Shown here: positions 1 through 12,532 of the stretch, in pieces
Numbering within the stretch: the stretch's first letter is position 1
Layout of the letters: every line of letters begins with the position of its first letter
Source of the DNA: Octopus bimaculoides
Lineage: Eukaryota
Direction: 5' to 3'
Length of the DNA stretch: 64,000 nt
Assembly: GCF_001194135.2 (NCBI RefSeq)
Contig: NC_068993.1
Span: forward strand, 235,972-299,971
Made by a program: the position numbers and the translations under genes
The notes under the pieces: generated by a model
What the model saw: the letters and a program-made list of their open reading frames with translations, nothing else
Told to the model about the DNA's origin: nothing
The model's database searches: none

Positions 1-664
1 TAGAGGGGGTGGAGGTACAACAGTGAGGACAGGATTGGGGAGCAAGAGATATGCATAAGCATAGTCATGAAAAGAGGAAATGTGAGGAAGAGAAGAGATG
101 AAGTTTGGTTGGCTGGGACAGAGTGTGGGGAAAGTTTTATTGTTGTTACATGTGGTTGGAACCCACAGTGCTTCTAGAACTCAATCTCAGTGAGTCTTCT
201 CAAGAACTCCATATTGCCAAACATCTTTTTCATAATTTTAAGTTAGAACCTTTTATACAAAAAAGTCTCAAACACCAGATTTATAATTTATTTTACTTAA
301 TCCTTTGTCTTGATTATATCCAAAATTAATTGAAACACATGGATGGCATTGTGTTCCATTACCTACATGGTAATAAATGGTCTTTAAAAACATGTATCAG
401 GGAGTACTGTACATTGAGTGGATATGGAGTCAGAGGTACTTCAACTTTGACCTCTCTTATTTTATACTGAAACAGTATATATTGGACTACATTAGGCATG
501 TATGCTTTTTAAATGACAGTAAAGTGTGATTTGAGGTTGTTTTGACTGCTATTTCTAGCAGACCAAACAGCTACATAGAGGTTCTCTCAATTCTTCATCT
601 ATATTTGTGTTGGTGTTGATCAACTGAAATATTATAAGATTATTGATGCTATTATATTTTATTT

Positions 665-933
665 AAACATTCTAATTAAATATAAATACTTCATAAACAT
701 TCTAATTAAATATAAATACTTCATAAACATTCTAATTAAATATAAATACTTCATAAACATTCTAATTAAATATAAATACTTCATAAACATTCTAATTAAA
801 TATAAATACTTCATAAACATTCTAATTAAATATAAATACTTCATAAACATTCTAATTAAATATAAATACTTCATAAACATTCTAATTAAATATAAATACT
901 TCATAAGCATTCTAATTAAATATAAATACTTCA
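665..933. repeat. 30-bp minisatellite, 9 near-perfect copies (aaacattctaattaaatataaatacttcat)
   Basis: Directly visible; explains the periodic ORF 659..910. Confidence 0.97.
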
Positions 934-996
934 GTTGATATTAAAAGGTTTTAAATTACATTACCTTGATAAAAAAAATATGGCATTTCATTTCAG

Positions 997-1095
997 GCTA
1001 TTTATTATCGAGGAATTGTGAAAATCCACTTGAATATGTGTGATTTTATCCGTGATTTTAATAAATCTCTTGCATCTAACCGTCGCAATGCTCAG
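997..1095 (+). CDS. TTC6: TTC6-like exon (AIYYRGIVKIHLNMCDFIRDFNKSLASNRRNAQ)
   Basis: tttcag|GCT...CAG|gtaagt, 99 nt, phase 0-0. Confidence 0.85.
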
Positions 1096-4000
1096 GTAAG
1101 TAAATCATGTGAACAATTTTATTTCTAAATTTTCTTATTTCTCCTTTACACTACCAATTCCTTAATGCAACCAGTTGAAAACCCTAAACCCTACAACTGC
1201 TGTCTCTAACCTGCTAGATTCAGTGATATCTCCATTATAAAGTTACTTGGAAACATTCTGTTCAAAGTTTTCTTCTCCTTTATAATTCCATTTGCATCTT
1301 GGAATATTGAATTGACTGGGACTTTTATCAATCCCAGATGGGTAAAAGAGAATGTTAACTTTGGCCAGCTTTGAAATCCCAAAGACGAGATTTCTTTGGG
1401 AAAAGTGATGCATCATTGCATGGTTTCTTTTATAAGAGATCATGCGTAGACCTGTCCAAATATTGAAAAATTTAATCTGAATAAAGCAAAAGAAGAAAGC
1501 AATTAGTTATTTATACAGGTGGCTGTATTAAAGTAAACCCAGCCTCGTCGGTTTCGATTCCCTGTAAAGATTAAAGGATTTAATTAAATGATTAAAAGAT
1601 TAAAGGATTTAATTACTTTGACTTTTAATTCCTTTACACTTTTAAGAAAATTTATGGATGCAAAAAGGAATCACATGAGTAAATTTATTCAAGGTGTTTG
1701 GTCCAAAACATTTAAGGATGGTAAGGGATTCCCTTATACACAACTTGCATTTGCTAATATTTCCTTTGAAGTTAGGGGTTCTAGAAACGATGGACTATTC
1801 TAGATAATAATTCTTGTTATTCCTCTCCAAATCATGTCTATGGGATGCAAGTGTGGTTGAGTTACAGTATTTATCCTTAGAAAACGAGCTCATATGGGAT
1901 CTATATCTAACTTTAAAATCTACTGTGCTACCTATATAGAATTTATCTACATATTTATATACAACGTAAGATCAGAGTGGAGCCTGGTGCAGCCTTCTGG
2001 CTTGCTAGTCCTCAGTCAAATCGTCCAACCCATGCTAGCATGGAAAGTGGACGTTAAACGATGATGATGATGTAAGTAACCAGGCAGGAACCATCCAAGG
2101 GACACAATTCGGGGTTTCTACAATTACATTTCTTCCCAGGGCCTTTTCCTAGTTTTATTTTTACTTTTACTTTTCGCACCATCAGTTCTCCCCATGCCCT
2201 ATTGAAGGACAAACCTGATATTTTATGTATTATTTATAAAAAGAAAAAGAAAGCGGGGGAAAGGAAACTGCACATATAATAACATAACTTAGAAGCAGCA
2301 CTACGGATGTGCCAGCACACACGAGCTTGAGACATGGCAGTCCCCACGCACTTCTCATGAGGGGTTCTGGAAGGGGCTTCGTGAGACGCTTCCAGAAACA
2401 AAAAAAAAACGTTGGAAAACCGATTATAGCAGTGACTCGATCAATTCCTAGGGATATCTGAAGAAGGAATTTTTATATTCCGAAATATTATATCAGACTA
2501 TGGATGATTAAATTACACCAGTTATTATAATCCATTGTTGTTACTATAGTGCATTGTTATGCCATTCAAAACACATTATTGTTTTACAATAAATATATAT
2601 AGTATCATCATCATCATTAACATCTACTTTCCCTGCAGGCATGAGTTAGACAACACTTTCTCCAGACTAAAAATAGAATAAAAATGTGCAATATCATTGA
2701 TATTAACTGAAAAAGATAATTTTTATAATTATTATTAATCAATGATTTATACAATTTTTGAGATCAATGCTTTAATATAGAAATTTTGATTTATTTTATT
2801 AAACCGTTTTACCATCATTCACTTTATTTGAAAATAAGTTAATGTCACAATTTTGTTTTTGATTAATGAAATATAACGAAATTTTTTAATGTCAGGTTTT
2901 CCTAAGTAGAGCCTGTTATTTTGGTATGCTAAAGAACTATCCAAAAGCAATATTAAATTGCAATGAAGCCCTTGCAATAGAACCTCAAAATATTAAAGGA
3001 TTACTCTACAGGTATCAATGTTTGGCTTCTTTCTGTTTTTAAATTTTTGATAAAAATCTTCAATTGCCAACCTTCTTTAAATTCAATAAGATTTTTGTCT
3101 CTGCTGCATTTCATTTATTTTCAAATGTTCAGTGCTATCAATGCTCCCCCCCCCCACTTCAAGCAAAGCAATTAAACATAAAAAAGAACTCATTAAATTA
3201 TTTCTAATTTACATTAAAACAATGAAAAGTCATCTTTAGTGGCATTAAAACTGCTATGCAAACATTTTGTATTTTGCTTTCTATGTTATGTTAGATTGTT
3301 AAAATTTTTGTTTGTTTAAAGAACATAAAAGATAGAGATTTTTCTTATTTTCCAGGGGAGCTTTAAAGTATTTCATAGGAGCATATAAATTTGCCATCAT
3401 TGACCTGACAGAAGCCATCAAAATACATAATCATGTAGCTGTAACTTATCTTAATCGAGCAATCTGCTATGCAGCTTATGGGAAAAAGACCAAGGTTTGT
3501 ATTTAACCATGGACATTTGTATCCGGCTGAATAAAAAGTAAGCAACGTTTTGAAACATGAAATTCATCACAATATATTTCAACAATTTGGAAACTTTATT
3601 CATCTAAGTAAGTACCAAAACAATCAACACATTTTTGCCAACGAGTTACAAGTTTGTTTATTCCGGTAACATAACAATCTGGAGTCCTGGAGCTGATGAA
3701 CTCTTTGAATGCAATTTCAGCATTGGTTTGATTTTTGAACTCCTTCTCTCACAGGAAACCATCAGGTGCTTGAAAAAGTGGTTGACGGTAGGAGAAGGGT
3801 CTGGGGAATAAGCTGGGTGGGGGAGAACCTCATAGCCAAGTTCTCTCAACTTCTGGAGCGTCATTAGTGGAACGTGTTGTCGAGCATTGTCATGAAGAAT
3901 GATTGGCCCTCTTTTGTTGACCAGTCTGGGATGGAGAAGTAGCAATTTTTCGTTAATTTTGGCAATTTCATGGCAATATGCTTCTGTAGTAATGGTTTTT

Positions 4001-7000
4001 CCAGGTTTTAAGAAGTTTTAGTGGATGAGTCCAGCAGTACACTACCAAAGAGTCACCATAACCTTCGTTTTCAAGAGCTTGGGTTTAGGCAAGGTTTTCT
4101 GTGCTTCATTTTGGTCTAGCCACTGCAAAGAACATTTGTTATTGTACAGAATCCACTTTTCATCACAAGTTACAACACGGTTGAGAAATGGATTGGTCTG
4201 GTTACAGAGAAGCAATGAGCAAATTTCATATCTGCACATTTTCTGATTTTTCATTCAAATCGTGTGGTACCCATTTGTTGAGCTTTTTTGATTTTCCAAT
4301 CGCATGCAAATGGTTGCAGGCAGTTTTCTGGCTAACTGGAAGTTTTTTTGCCAGTTCTTGAGTGGTTTTATGTGGATCTTTCTAAGTGACAGTCTTTAAT
4401 TGACCATCATTGATGACAGATGGGCGTCCATTACACTCATGATCTTCAAGGCTCAGATCTCCACTGCGAAAACGTTTAAACCATTTTCATGCTGACCACT
4501 CACTGGTCGTTTCCTCACCAAACGTTACGTTGATAATGTGAGCAGTTTCAGCTGCTTTACGTCCTTTCTCGAAGTTGAATAGCAAAATTGGTCGAATACC
4601 GTGCTTTGACAGTTCCATTTCAGATGATTGTAACAACAGCGAAAAAAGAATATCAATGTTAATTTATTGATGCATTCGGGCAAGACTGTGTCTCTATTAT
4701 CAGACAACTGCAAAAATATGTTTTTAAAAAATTCAAAATTCTGCAAAAATTTGGTACAAATTCTTCGTGGTTCAAAATGTTGCTTATTTCTTACTCAGCC
4801 TGAGATATCTCAGAGAATGATAGAAAATATGTGAGGTGTTGAAGATGAGGTAAGTCTAAGTTGTAACTCAGAAAAGAAGGAGAGAAGATATGAAATAAAT
4901 ATTTTGTATTATATATTTATTGAATCTATTAAATACATATTTTATATCAAATATACCTTTTATATTTGAAGGCTTTACGGGATTATGCTATTGCATTGCT
5001 TATTGGAGGAAAAATGGATTACAAAGTAAGAACTGTTTTATTTTCATTGTTGCTGTTTTATTTACATTTGTTTTCGTAATGATTCACCTTACAATATAAA
5101 AAAAAAAAAACTTTCACCTGCATAAAGCCATAACTAAATGCTCTTAACAGAAACTTTATTATTTCAGATTCAATATCAACTGATATAGTTCTTAAATCTT
5201 TTCATCTGTCAACAGGTTTATGTGAACCGAGGACTTTTGTATTATTCATTGAATGATATTTCAAATGCTTTCAATGATTTTAAAAGTGCCATAAAGATTT
5301 ATGGCGGAGATCACAGAGTCTTCCATATTTTAGGACTGATTTTGCACAGGTAATGGTGATCATAATTATTTTACTGAAATGTTGTCATTCTATGTAACTG
5401 AAATATTCCAAAACCTTATCTTTTGTCTTTCTACAGCCACAGTGATAAGCATAAATCCCACTTTCTGGTGAGAATGTAGTTGATCTGGCTAGCATGGTCA
5501 TGTTCTTGTACGTCATGGGCAAGCAGTACAAAATTTCTGTTCAATAAAGATTTTAAGTCCTTTTAATTAGTAGTGACTGTATTGGGCTGAACTTGTTTGG
5601 CCAAATCTCTTTGACTTATCCAGTTCTCAAAGAGTGCCATATCACTCATTTTAGTTTCTATAACTTCCTCTGTAGTTCTTCATCTATAATGGAAACTTTA
5701 TTGCATTGCAGTATATTCTATGATGTGATAACAATTCCAGTATTAATAACTGAACTTTAAACTTCAATAATTAAAGGAGTTGCATAGGAATGTCTCTCTC
5801 TCTCTCTCTCTGTCCAGGTCGCAGAAGTTCCTCTTCTCATTATGCTTTGGGAAACAGTATTTATAAGAAATAGCTCCAAAATCAATGTAATAATTAGTGT
5901 GTTCTGGGTTTATTAACATGATTTTTTTCTTTGATAATTTAAATAATTAAAATATATTAATTTTTAATGAAGCTTTTTAATTGTTGTTTCATATTTAGAC
6001 TGGAGAGGTTAGATGTGGCTCTAAAGGTGTTTACTCGGTCGATTATTCTTCAACCAACGTTTCAAGAAGCCTTTATCAGTCGAGCTAACATCTACATGGA
6101 TTATCTAACTGATGAAAACAACCAATTGGCCAAGTAAGTTGATTTCTATGACTTTTCTTCTCATGACATTCATTAACAGGTATTTATGAAGAGAATTCAT
6201 CTTTATCAATTATTTGTTTTCTCCATCCCAGCATTAGTGCTGCTGATTGTTATAGGGGTGGGTTGTTGTTAGTGGTAGGGGCTGAGAGAGATAATAGAGA
6301 ACATAGTTGTTGTTATTTGTCTGTAGATCATCTGTGATCCAACAAAAGCTCTCCAACCTTGACCATCCTGTTTGAAATCTTTTTTCAGCTATAATGCATA
6401 TTGGACTATATTATTCAATGTGTTCTTTCCTTTCTTAAGGCTGTGGGATGTTTCTCATACCTTGAAGGTCCACTGTGACACTCCATGACTATTTCATAAC
6501 TATTTCTAGCTCGACCTCAGCCACTCCTACCCTCTCTTCTATAATGTGAGGAGCCATGTAGTTCTTCTACAGTAAAACAAAAAATTGGTTCTGCTCTGCC
6601 CTTCTAACCTCTCATCTCTTAGCATAAAGCTGTCTCCCTTCCTAATATGGCCTGGATATCAAATTATGTCGATGATATTACAGAGGTAAGCAAAGGTAAT
6701 AAGAGCAGAGGTAGCTGTTGTTGTTGTTGCAGGTTTCCACTCAACCATCCCAGATTCACTAGGTTTCTGGCAGTGAGATGCTCAAAGAATTGTCTGTGAC
6801 TTGGTGTCTTTTAAGAGACTTCATTCCTTTTAAAGTTCTGGAGTTTTTTTAAAGTTTTTCATTTGTATTTGTCCTCTTCACTGATACACAGCAGTGAAAC
6901 ATTTACATATGCACACACACACACACACGCGCGCATACATGTATACAAACACACACACACATGTAGGTGTGTGTGACTAGCTTCCAGTTTTCATCTACAA

Positions 7001-10000
7001 AAGTCTTCTCCAAGTTTTAGATCAACCTAAAGCTAGAGAAGATACTTGCCTAAGGTACATGCCTGCATTCATATTTATTAAGGGATGTTAACTGTTATTT
7101 CTAGTAGGTTGCACATGACTATATAAAAGTTCCCACATTGACTTTTCAAAGATTTTTTGCTGCTGGTATCCATAAAGTGTAATGAGTGGTGTGTTCTAAC
7201 TTTTGATCTTTATTGATGGTATGTTTAATCCCCTCCCACACGCACGTGTGTATGCGTCGACTGTTTCCATGTAATTACAGTCTGAGCCCCTTACATAAGA
7301 TATTTGTAAAACTGGATTTCATTCTAAATTGTAAAACTTCTAAGTATTTTTATTTCCGTTTTTCATCTTCACAATGCAACTAATTTTGTACTCTTAACTT
7401 TTGGAATCAATAAAATTGATCTCTTACTAAACTGTCTGTCTTAATATCTTTCAGGTGTGATTACCAACGTGCCATCAAACTAAATCCAACCAATTGTTTA
7501 GCCTATGTGTCTTTAGGCATTTTTCTACAAGTGGAACGTAACTTCCAATTAGCTTGGCATCAATTTACCAATGCTATATTAATTAATCCATGTAACTAAT
7601 CATTTTATTAACACTATATTAATTAATCCATGTTAAGTAATTGTTTTACTAAACTATTTTTATTGAAATACTTTTTATAACATCCTAATTAGAAAGGAAA
7701 GACATTATCAAATGTAAAGAATGTACTAAATTGTATTGGATGTTACTGTTGCTATTTTCAATCTATAGGCTGTGTCCATGCTAGAGCATGAATAATTATA
7801 GTTTATCACAAATACTATTTTGTTAGATAATTAACTGATTATAATTTTAAATGTTTATATTTATAACCAGATTATTGTCAGAATTGGATTCATTGATTTC
7901 ATTTGTGTTGTGTTTAACCCTTGGTCTGTCTTAATCCAGCAGACTTATGATCAGAAGTATTTCAGTCATGGTCATTCCATCTATGGTTCAGCTACAGTGT
8001 ATCTAGGACTACATTATCCAAGGTGTCCTTCTCTCATTCAGAGTATCTCTGAATAATGGGAATGCATTTCATAAAGAAACTGAAGCCAGACTCAAAGATA
8101 CCTGGACTGGTGAAGGGACTTGAGGGGATAAGTACCTTATTAGGAGTAAATGGTGTTTGTGCTCAGTTTCTCTCTCAACATCAGACAATGATTAATTAAC
8201 TGCAATTAACTCATCATTGAATTCATCAAGTTATTACTTGTAAACAAGGAACTAATTTACAATCTCTTACTATGATGTACTTCCATGAAATAACCTATCT
8301 TCTTATGACAGTAGAATTGTGCAATTAAAGTAACAAAAATCATTTTTAGTATCTAATTTGAAAATATGGACAAATAAACATTCCATACTTTAATTGATAA
8401 TACCATAGACCTGCAAGTGAATTCTGTCAAAAAGTTCGCAGCTATTTTTCATTATTAAATGCTGCCTGTAATGTTTAATATAATGTTTTGCAAAGAGATT
8501 TGTCTCAAAACATTCAGTTTACTATTGTTTACCCTGTACAACAAAGATCTTGTGTTGTTTATTATTTCTATATCACATTCAGTACAGCTGCACCATCTTT
8601 CTTCCATTTCTGTTATCTTATACAGCTAGATATCTGTAAATAAATACATAATTCTATATAATGGCTTGGAATTAGGTAGGGATTTCTCTTCCTGTCTATA
8701 GAAATCAGCAAACAAAGTATTTACTAATGCATGTTTGAGCTTTGCCAATCTGAGATTCAATTATTATTCATCCATGAAACAACAAGAATCTTTAAAAAAT
8801 GATGTGTACATCCATTCTGTGTACACAAACATGAGAACAGCATTCTTTGTTGGATTTTGTCTTGTAAGCACCACACATGCTCCAAATGACATCGGCACAT
8901 TATCAGAAACCATTGTTTTGGCTTGATTTAGCTTTCTCTGAGATAGATTTGACTATTTTCATCTTTTGTGCAAAATGGTTCCACCTATGCTGTTTTAGTC
9001 TGATAATTGTTTGGTCATAGTTTCTGCTTTAGAGAAATCTGACCTTGCATCAAACTATTTGATAATTTTGCTTGACCAACACATAGTTCTTAATTTATCA
9101 TTTTGTATTAAAATAAAACAGTCTCTTAGTTATACTGAATGTAGACATTTTTCTGACTTATAAAGCCTTTTTCACACAACTATATACGTGTGTCTGCACT
9201 CGTTCGTTTGTTGTCTTAATAATGAAAATGACTTTCTGTCATAAGACACTGATGACTATTTCTTTAATCTAAGATACATTTCCTTTTTTTTTTGTGTAGG
9301 TTATCAACCAGCTTATGAAGCTCGAGCAATCTTAAATTTACAAATGGGTAGCAAATACCCAGCTTTTCAAGACCTCACTCTTGCCCTACAGATCTCTCCC
9401 ACTGCAGAGTTATTTAACAATCGAGGTGTTGTTAATCAGGTAAGAATTCAGATTGTTTTTGGTGCTTAAAATAATCGATCAGAAAACAATTTTGACATTT
9501 GGGGAAATGTTTTCCACCATAAACTTAGATTAATGAAGCCTTATCAGTGAAATTAAATAATTTTTCTTAAATAACTGTGGAAGCTCATTAGATGGACTGA
9601 ACCTCACCACCTTGTCTTTCAGTTCCTCTGGCAGAATCTACACTGTTGCCTGGCCTAGACCTAACTTCTTTCTATTATCTCATTAATAGGCAATACCATT
9701 CCTCCTGGATTTACCATAGAGATTTTTTTTTTTAATTTGCAATAAAAAACTATTTACTTGAAAAATGTTTAATTAATGAATGCTTTCATCAGTTTAAAAG
9801 TGTTTCTGTCTTTGCTGAGATTCTAAACAATGTTATTGCAAAATGAACAGCTGAAACTATCAATACATCATCATCATTATCTTTGAGTCTCTATGAAATC
9901 ACCTAAACAAGAAAGGGTTTGTGAATTTGAGATTATTGATTATAAAACTAAAAACATTTTAAAATTCTGAAAATAATGTTCAAACAATTTGTAGAAAATT

Positions 10001-11972
10001 CCTGCTAATTACCATGACAAGATCAATTATTCTTGTGACTGCCAACATTTTTCTAAAGCTTTTTTTACTAAATTCTAATCTATTTCTTGCGTCAGATGAT
10101 GAATTCTCTTGTGGCAGCTCTGCACGACTATTACAAAGCCATAGAAACTGATCGCACCTTTGCTTTGGCTTATTTCAATGCTGGAACTTTACATTTACAA
10201 GGAAGATTTTTCAAACAGGTTACATTCTGATTTTCAATTCCGTTCTAATTCTAAATGTTCTTCTATTTAAAGGCACTTGTTTTATTCCTAGAAAGGTACC
10301 CAACTGGATTAGAAATAGGTACACTTTTTTAAACTAAAAGCAATAACAATATTCACAAAGAGTAAGATGTTTGTGTTGTGGACTGAAATAGGCATAAGGT
10401 CACATGTTTGGGCAAGTACACAGATGGTCCCCTGTATTTCACTGGTATTTTATGGACTCTGGAAGGATAAAAAGCAAAGTTGATGTTGAATGGATTTCAA
10501 CCCAAAACATATAAGCCTTTTCATCCAATTTTGCTCTGAAGATTCTCCCAATCTAAATATTCCAAAATGTCTTGTTTCTAAAAATGAGTTTAAAGAATTA
10601 TTTTCTGATTTGAATAAATTATGATACAAGGTTATTGGTATTTCAAGAATGACGATGGCAGTCATGTTTGTGGTTGAGCAAATCAAGAATCAAAGCTGTT
10701 TCAATCATGACCAACAATGCCATGTTGTTTTGGGCAAGAAATTCACACGCGAGGAGAGCTCAGTGAATGGACCTTTCACCTTTTAATTGTCCTTCTTCTA
10801 AAAGTTTGTTGCAGTGTTGTTACTGTGCATGCTGCCCTCTGTTGGCATGCTACAGAACTAGGCTGGGAACTTTTTAATACATATTTGATACAAGTGTGAC
10901 TTAACACATTCACTTTGCAAGAGACTCACATGACTACAAAGTCAACCTCTTAGTGATGTATTTCCTTGAAATCCTTAATTTAGTGCATTTTAGAATCTTA
11001 ATGGACCTTTCACCTTTTAATTGTCCTTCTTCTAAAAGTTTGTTGCAGTGTTGTTACTAATAAATTCTGTGATATTTTATTGCAGGCTTTGGTATATCTT
11101 AACAGAGCTATTATGCTTGACAAACAGAATGAATGTGCATATATAAACCGTGCAATCACCAAAGTGAGTAGTTATAATAATAATAATTTCTAATTTAGGG
11201 ACAAGACCAGCAGTTTTGAGGGGAGAGGCAAGTCGATAACTCCAATACTTGACTGGTTCTTTTGTTTATCAACCCAGGAGAAATGAAAAGCAAAGTGGAT
11301 GTTGGCAGGATTTGAACCAAGAATATAAAAAGTGGAACAAATACTGCTAAACATTTTCTCTGACACTCTGATGCAATTTTTTCAAGACTCCATAAAGGAC
11401 AACATTGATGTCTCTTTTCACAGGGCCTTCATGACTTGAGGGAAGCAAGAAAGAAGTCATCTTCAGACCAGGAACTTTTCTTAAATGTTTTCAACATCTA
11501 AGGACCAGATGCTGTTCAACCAAAAGTCTCTGCTAATAATAGCTATATTTGTTGTGATACGAGAGAAAACTGGCTGCTTTTGTTACTTTGAGCAATTAAT
11601 TATTGAGTGAAGGTGGAAACAGAATGGTAAAGTTTATGGAGTTATTACCTCTACTGGTAATAAAGATGTTTCTCTCTCAGACTAAAGGGTAGATTTGTAT
11701 GATGCTCGTGTTTGAAATGCAGCACTGCTTGATTGAAAGACTTGGGCACTGAATAAAGAAGATTTATGATAACCAAAAAGTAAAAAGGAAATATATCAAA
11801 CCTGCCCCATTGGGTGTGTAACAAAGTACAACTGAGCTGAGAGAAAGTTGGATATAAAAAGGAGCAGATGTTAGGTGCAAGAGAGAAGAATCTGCTTCTA
11901 TGAGTATAAGATGTGTCTTGTATTGGCTGCTTAGTGTTCTTTATTCAATTTTCTTACCAACAGCCAACATGT

Positions 11973-12033
<61 letters not shown>

Positions 12034-12532
12034 ACACTCACACTCCTTTTATCCTTAGGCATCACTCACTGTTTTGATCCTGTTTGTTTTGGAAATACAA
12101 AGACAATGTAGAGATGATCTTTTAGTCTTGTAAGGAACAAAGCAACTTTTATAGTGCTGGTGTTAGGAAGAGCTTCCAGGCAGAGGAATCATGCCAAAAA
12201 GAGGATCTACACAGTCTTGATTCTTGATCTACTTAGAAGGGGAGAGAGGGGACAATAACTCCCAACAACTGACATGTCTCAGCCATTCCAGCAGGAAAAG
12301 CAGATAGAAAATTTTGATGATTATTTTGTCTTTTCAGATATTAAGAGAGTAATTCTCCTATTTTATCTCTAAAATTGTTTTCAGGTCATGCTGAATGATA
12401 AAGAAGGTGCTTTTGAAGACTTTGATAGTGCCATCCAGCTTTGTCCCTATTACACACATGTCTTCTATAACCGAGGTTCATTCTATATGTCTCTAGAAAT
12501 GTATGAAATGGCTGAAAAGGACTTTACTTCAG
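997..12532 (+). CDS. TTC6: TPR-repeat protein, TTC6-like; partial multi-exon CDS (11 exons, 1303 nt in window; 5' end upstream of the window, last exon not located)
   Basis: Exons 997-1095, 2896-3011, 3356-3494, 4972-5025, 5216-5349, 5999-6133, 7455-7591, 9300-9439, 10096-10218, 11086-11163 and 12385-12532 all have AG/GT ends and join in phase without stops. The product is tandem TPRs (e.g. FLSRACYFGMLKNYPKAILNCNEALAIEPQNIKGLLYRGALKYF), which I recognise as resembling vertebrate TTC6 (AFLSRAAYY...KAILNCNEA...YLYRG.LKY). Recognition is from memory. Confidence 0.85.
1975..2072 (+). mobile_element. RTE-tailed SINE / LINE 3' end
   Basis: cagtcaaatcgtccaacccatgctagcatggaaagtggacgttaaacgatgatgatg tail, shared with 19500-19695. 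Confidence 0.75.
2896..3011 (+). CDS. TTC6: TTC6-like exon (VFLSRACYFG...KGLLYR)
   Basis: gtcag|GTT...AG|gtatca, 116 nt, phase 0-2. Confidence 0.9.
3356..3494 (+). CDS. TTC6: TTC6-like exon (GALKYFIGAYKFAIIDLTEAI...GKKTK)
   Basis: ttccag|G...AAG|gtttgt, 139 nt, phase 2-0, TPR consensus. Confidence 0.9.
3522..4805 (-). mobile_element. Full-length decayed mariner (Tc1/mariner, DD34D type), ~1.28 kb, in a TTC6 intron
   Basis: Imperfect ~37-bp TIRs (ggctgaataaaaagtaagcaacgttttgaa versus the reverse complement of the right end, ggctgagtaagaaataagcaacattttgaa) and TA flanks at 3520-21 and 4806-07. Transposase runs from ATG at 4618 (MELSKHGIRPILLFNFEKG) through TCDEKW, HDNARQH and YSPDPSPTVNHFF, with stops and frameshifts. 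Confidence 0.92.
4972..5025 (+). CDS. TTC6: TTC6-like exon (ALRDYAIALLIGGKMDYK)
   Basis: gaag|GCT...AAA|gtaaga, 54 nt, phase 0-0. Confidence 0.85.
5216..5349 (+). CDS. TTC6: TTC6-like exon (VYVNRGLLYYSLND...ILGLILHR)
   Basis: aacag|GTT...AG|gtaatg, 134 nt, phase 0-2. Confidence 0.9.
5999..6133 (+). CDS. TTC6: TTC6-like exon (LERLDVALKVFTRSI...NQLAK)
   Basis: tttag|A...AA|gtaagt, 135 nt, phase 2-2. Confidence 0.9.
7455..7591 (+). CDS. TTC6: TTC6-like exon (CDYQRAIKLNPTNCLAYVSLG...AILINP)
   Basis: ttcag|G...T|gtaact, 137 nt, phase 2-1. Confidence 0.9.
9300..9439 (+). CDS. TTC6: TTC6-like exon (YQPAYEARAILNLQMG...FNNRGVVNQ)
   Basis: poly-T gtgtag|GT...CAG|gtaaga, 140 nt, phase 1-0. Confidence 0.9.
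10096..10218 (+). CDS. TTC6: TTC6-like exon (MMNSLVAALHDYYKAI...AYFNAGTLHLQGRFFKQ)
   Basis: gtcag|ATG...CAG|gttaca, 123 nt, phase 0-0. Confidence 0.9.
11086..11163 (+). CDS. TTC6: TTC6-like exon (ALVYLNRAIMLDKQNECAYINRAITK)
   Basis: tgcag|GCT...AAA|gtgagt, 78 nt, phase 0-0. Confidence 0.9.
11975..12028. repeat. (CT)n microsatellite
   Basis: Directly visible. Confidence 0.97.
12385..12532 (+). CDS. TTC6: TTC6-like exon (VMLNDKEGAFEDFDSAIQLCP...AEKDFTS)
   Basis: ttcag|GTC...TCAG|gtagag, 148 nt, phase 0-1. Confidence 0.9.

Noticed and set aside
665-933. Regular 30-bp array and its 83-aa periodic ORF as a CRISPR array or repeat protein
   Set aside because: The units are contiguous with no spacers, the context is eukaryotic intronic DNA, and the ORF is a by-product of the repeat
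2365-2397. 9-bp hairpin followed by ACA as an H/ACA snoRNA 3' end
   Set aside because: The hairpin is only ~33 nt, with no convincing pseudouridylation pocket or first hairpin
3012-3355. Donor GTATCA as a U12-type intron
   Set aside because: It lacks the full RTATCCTT consensus
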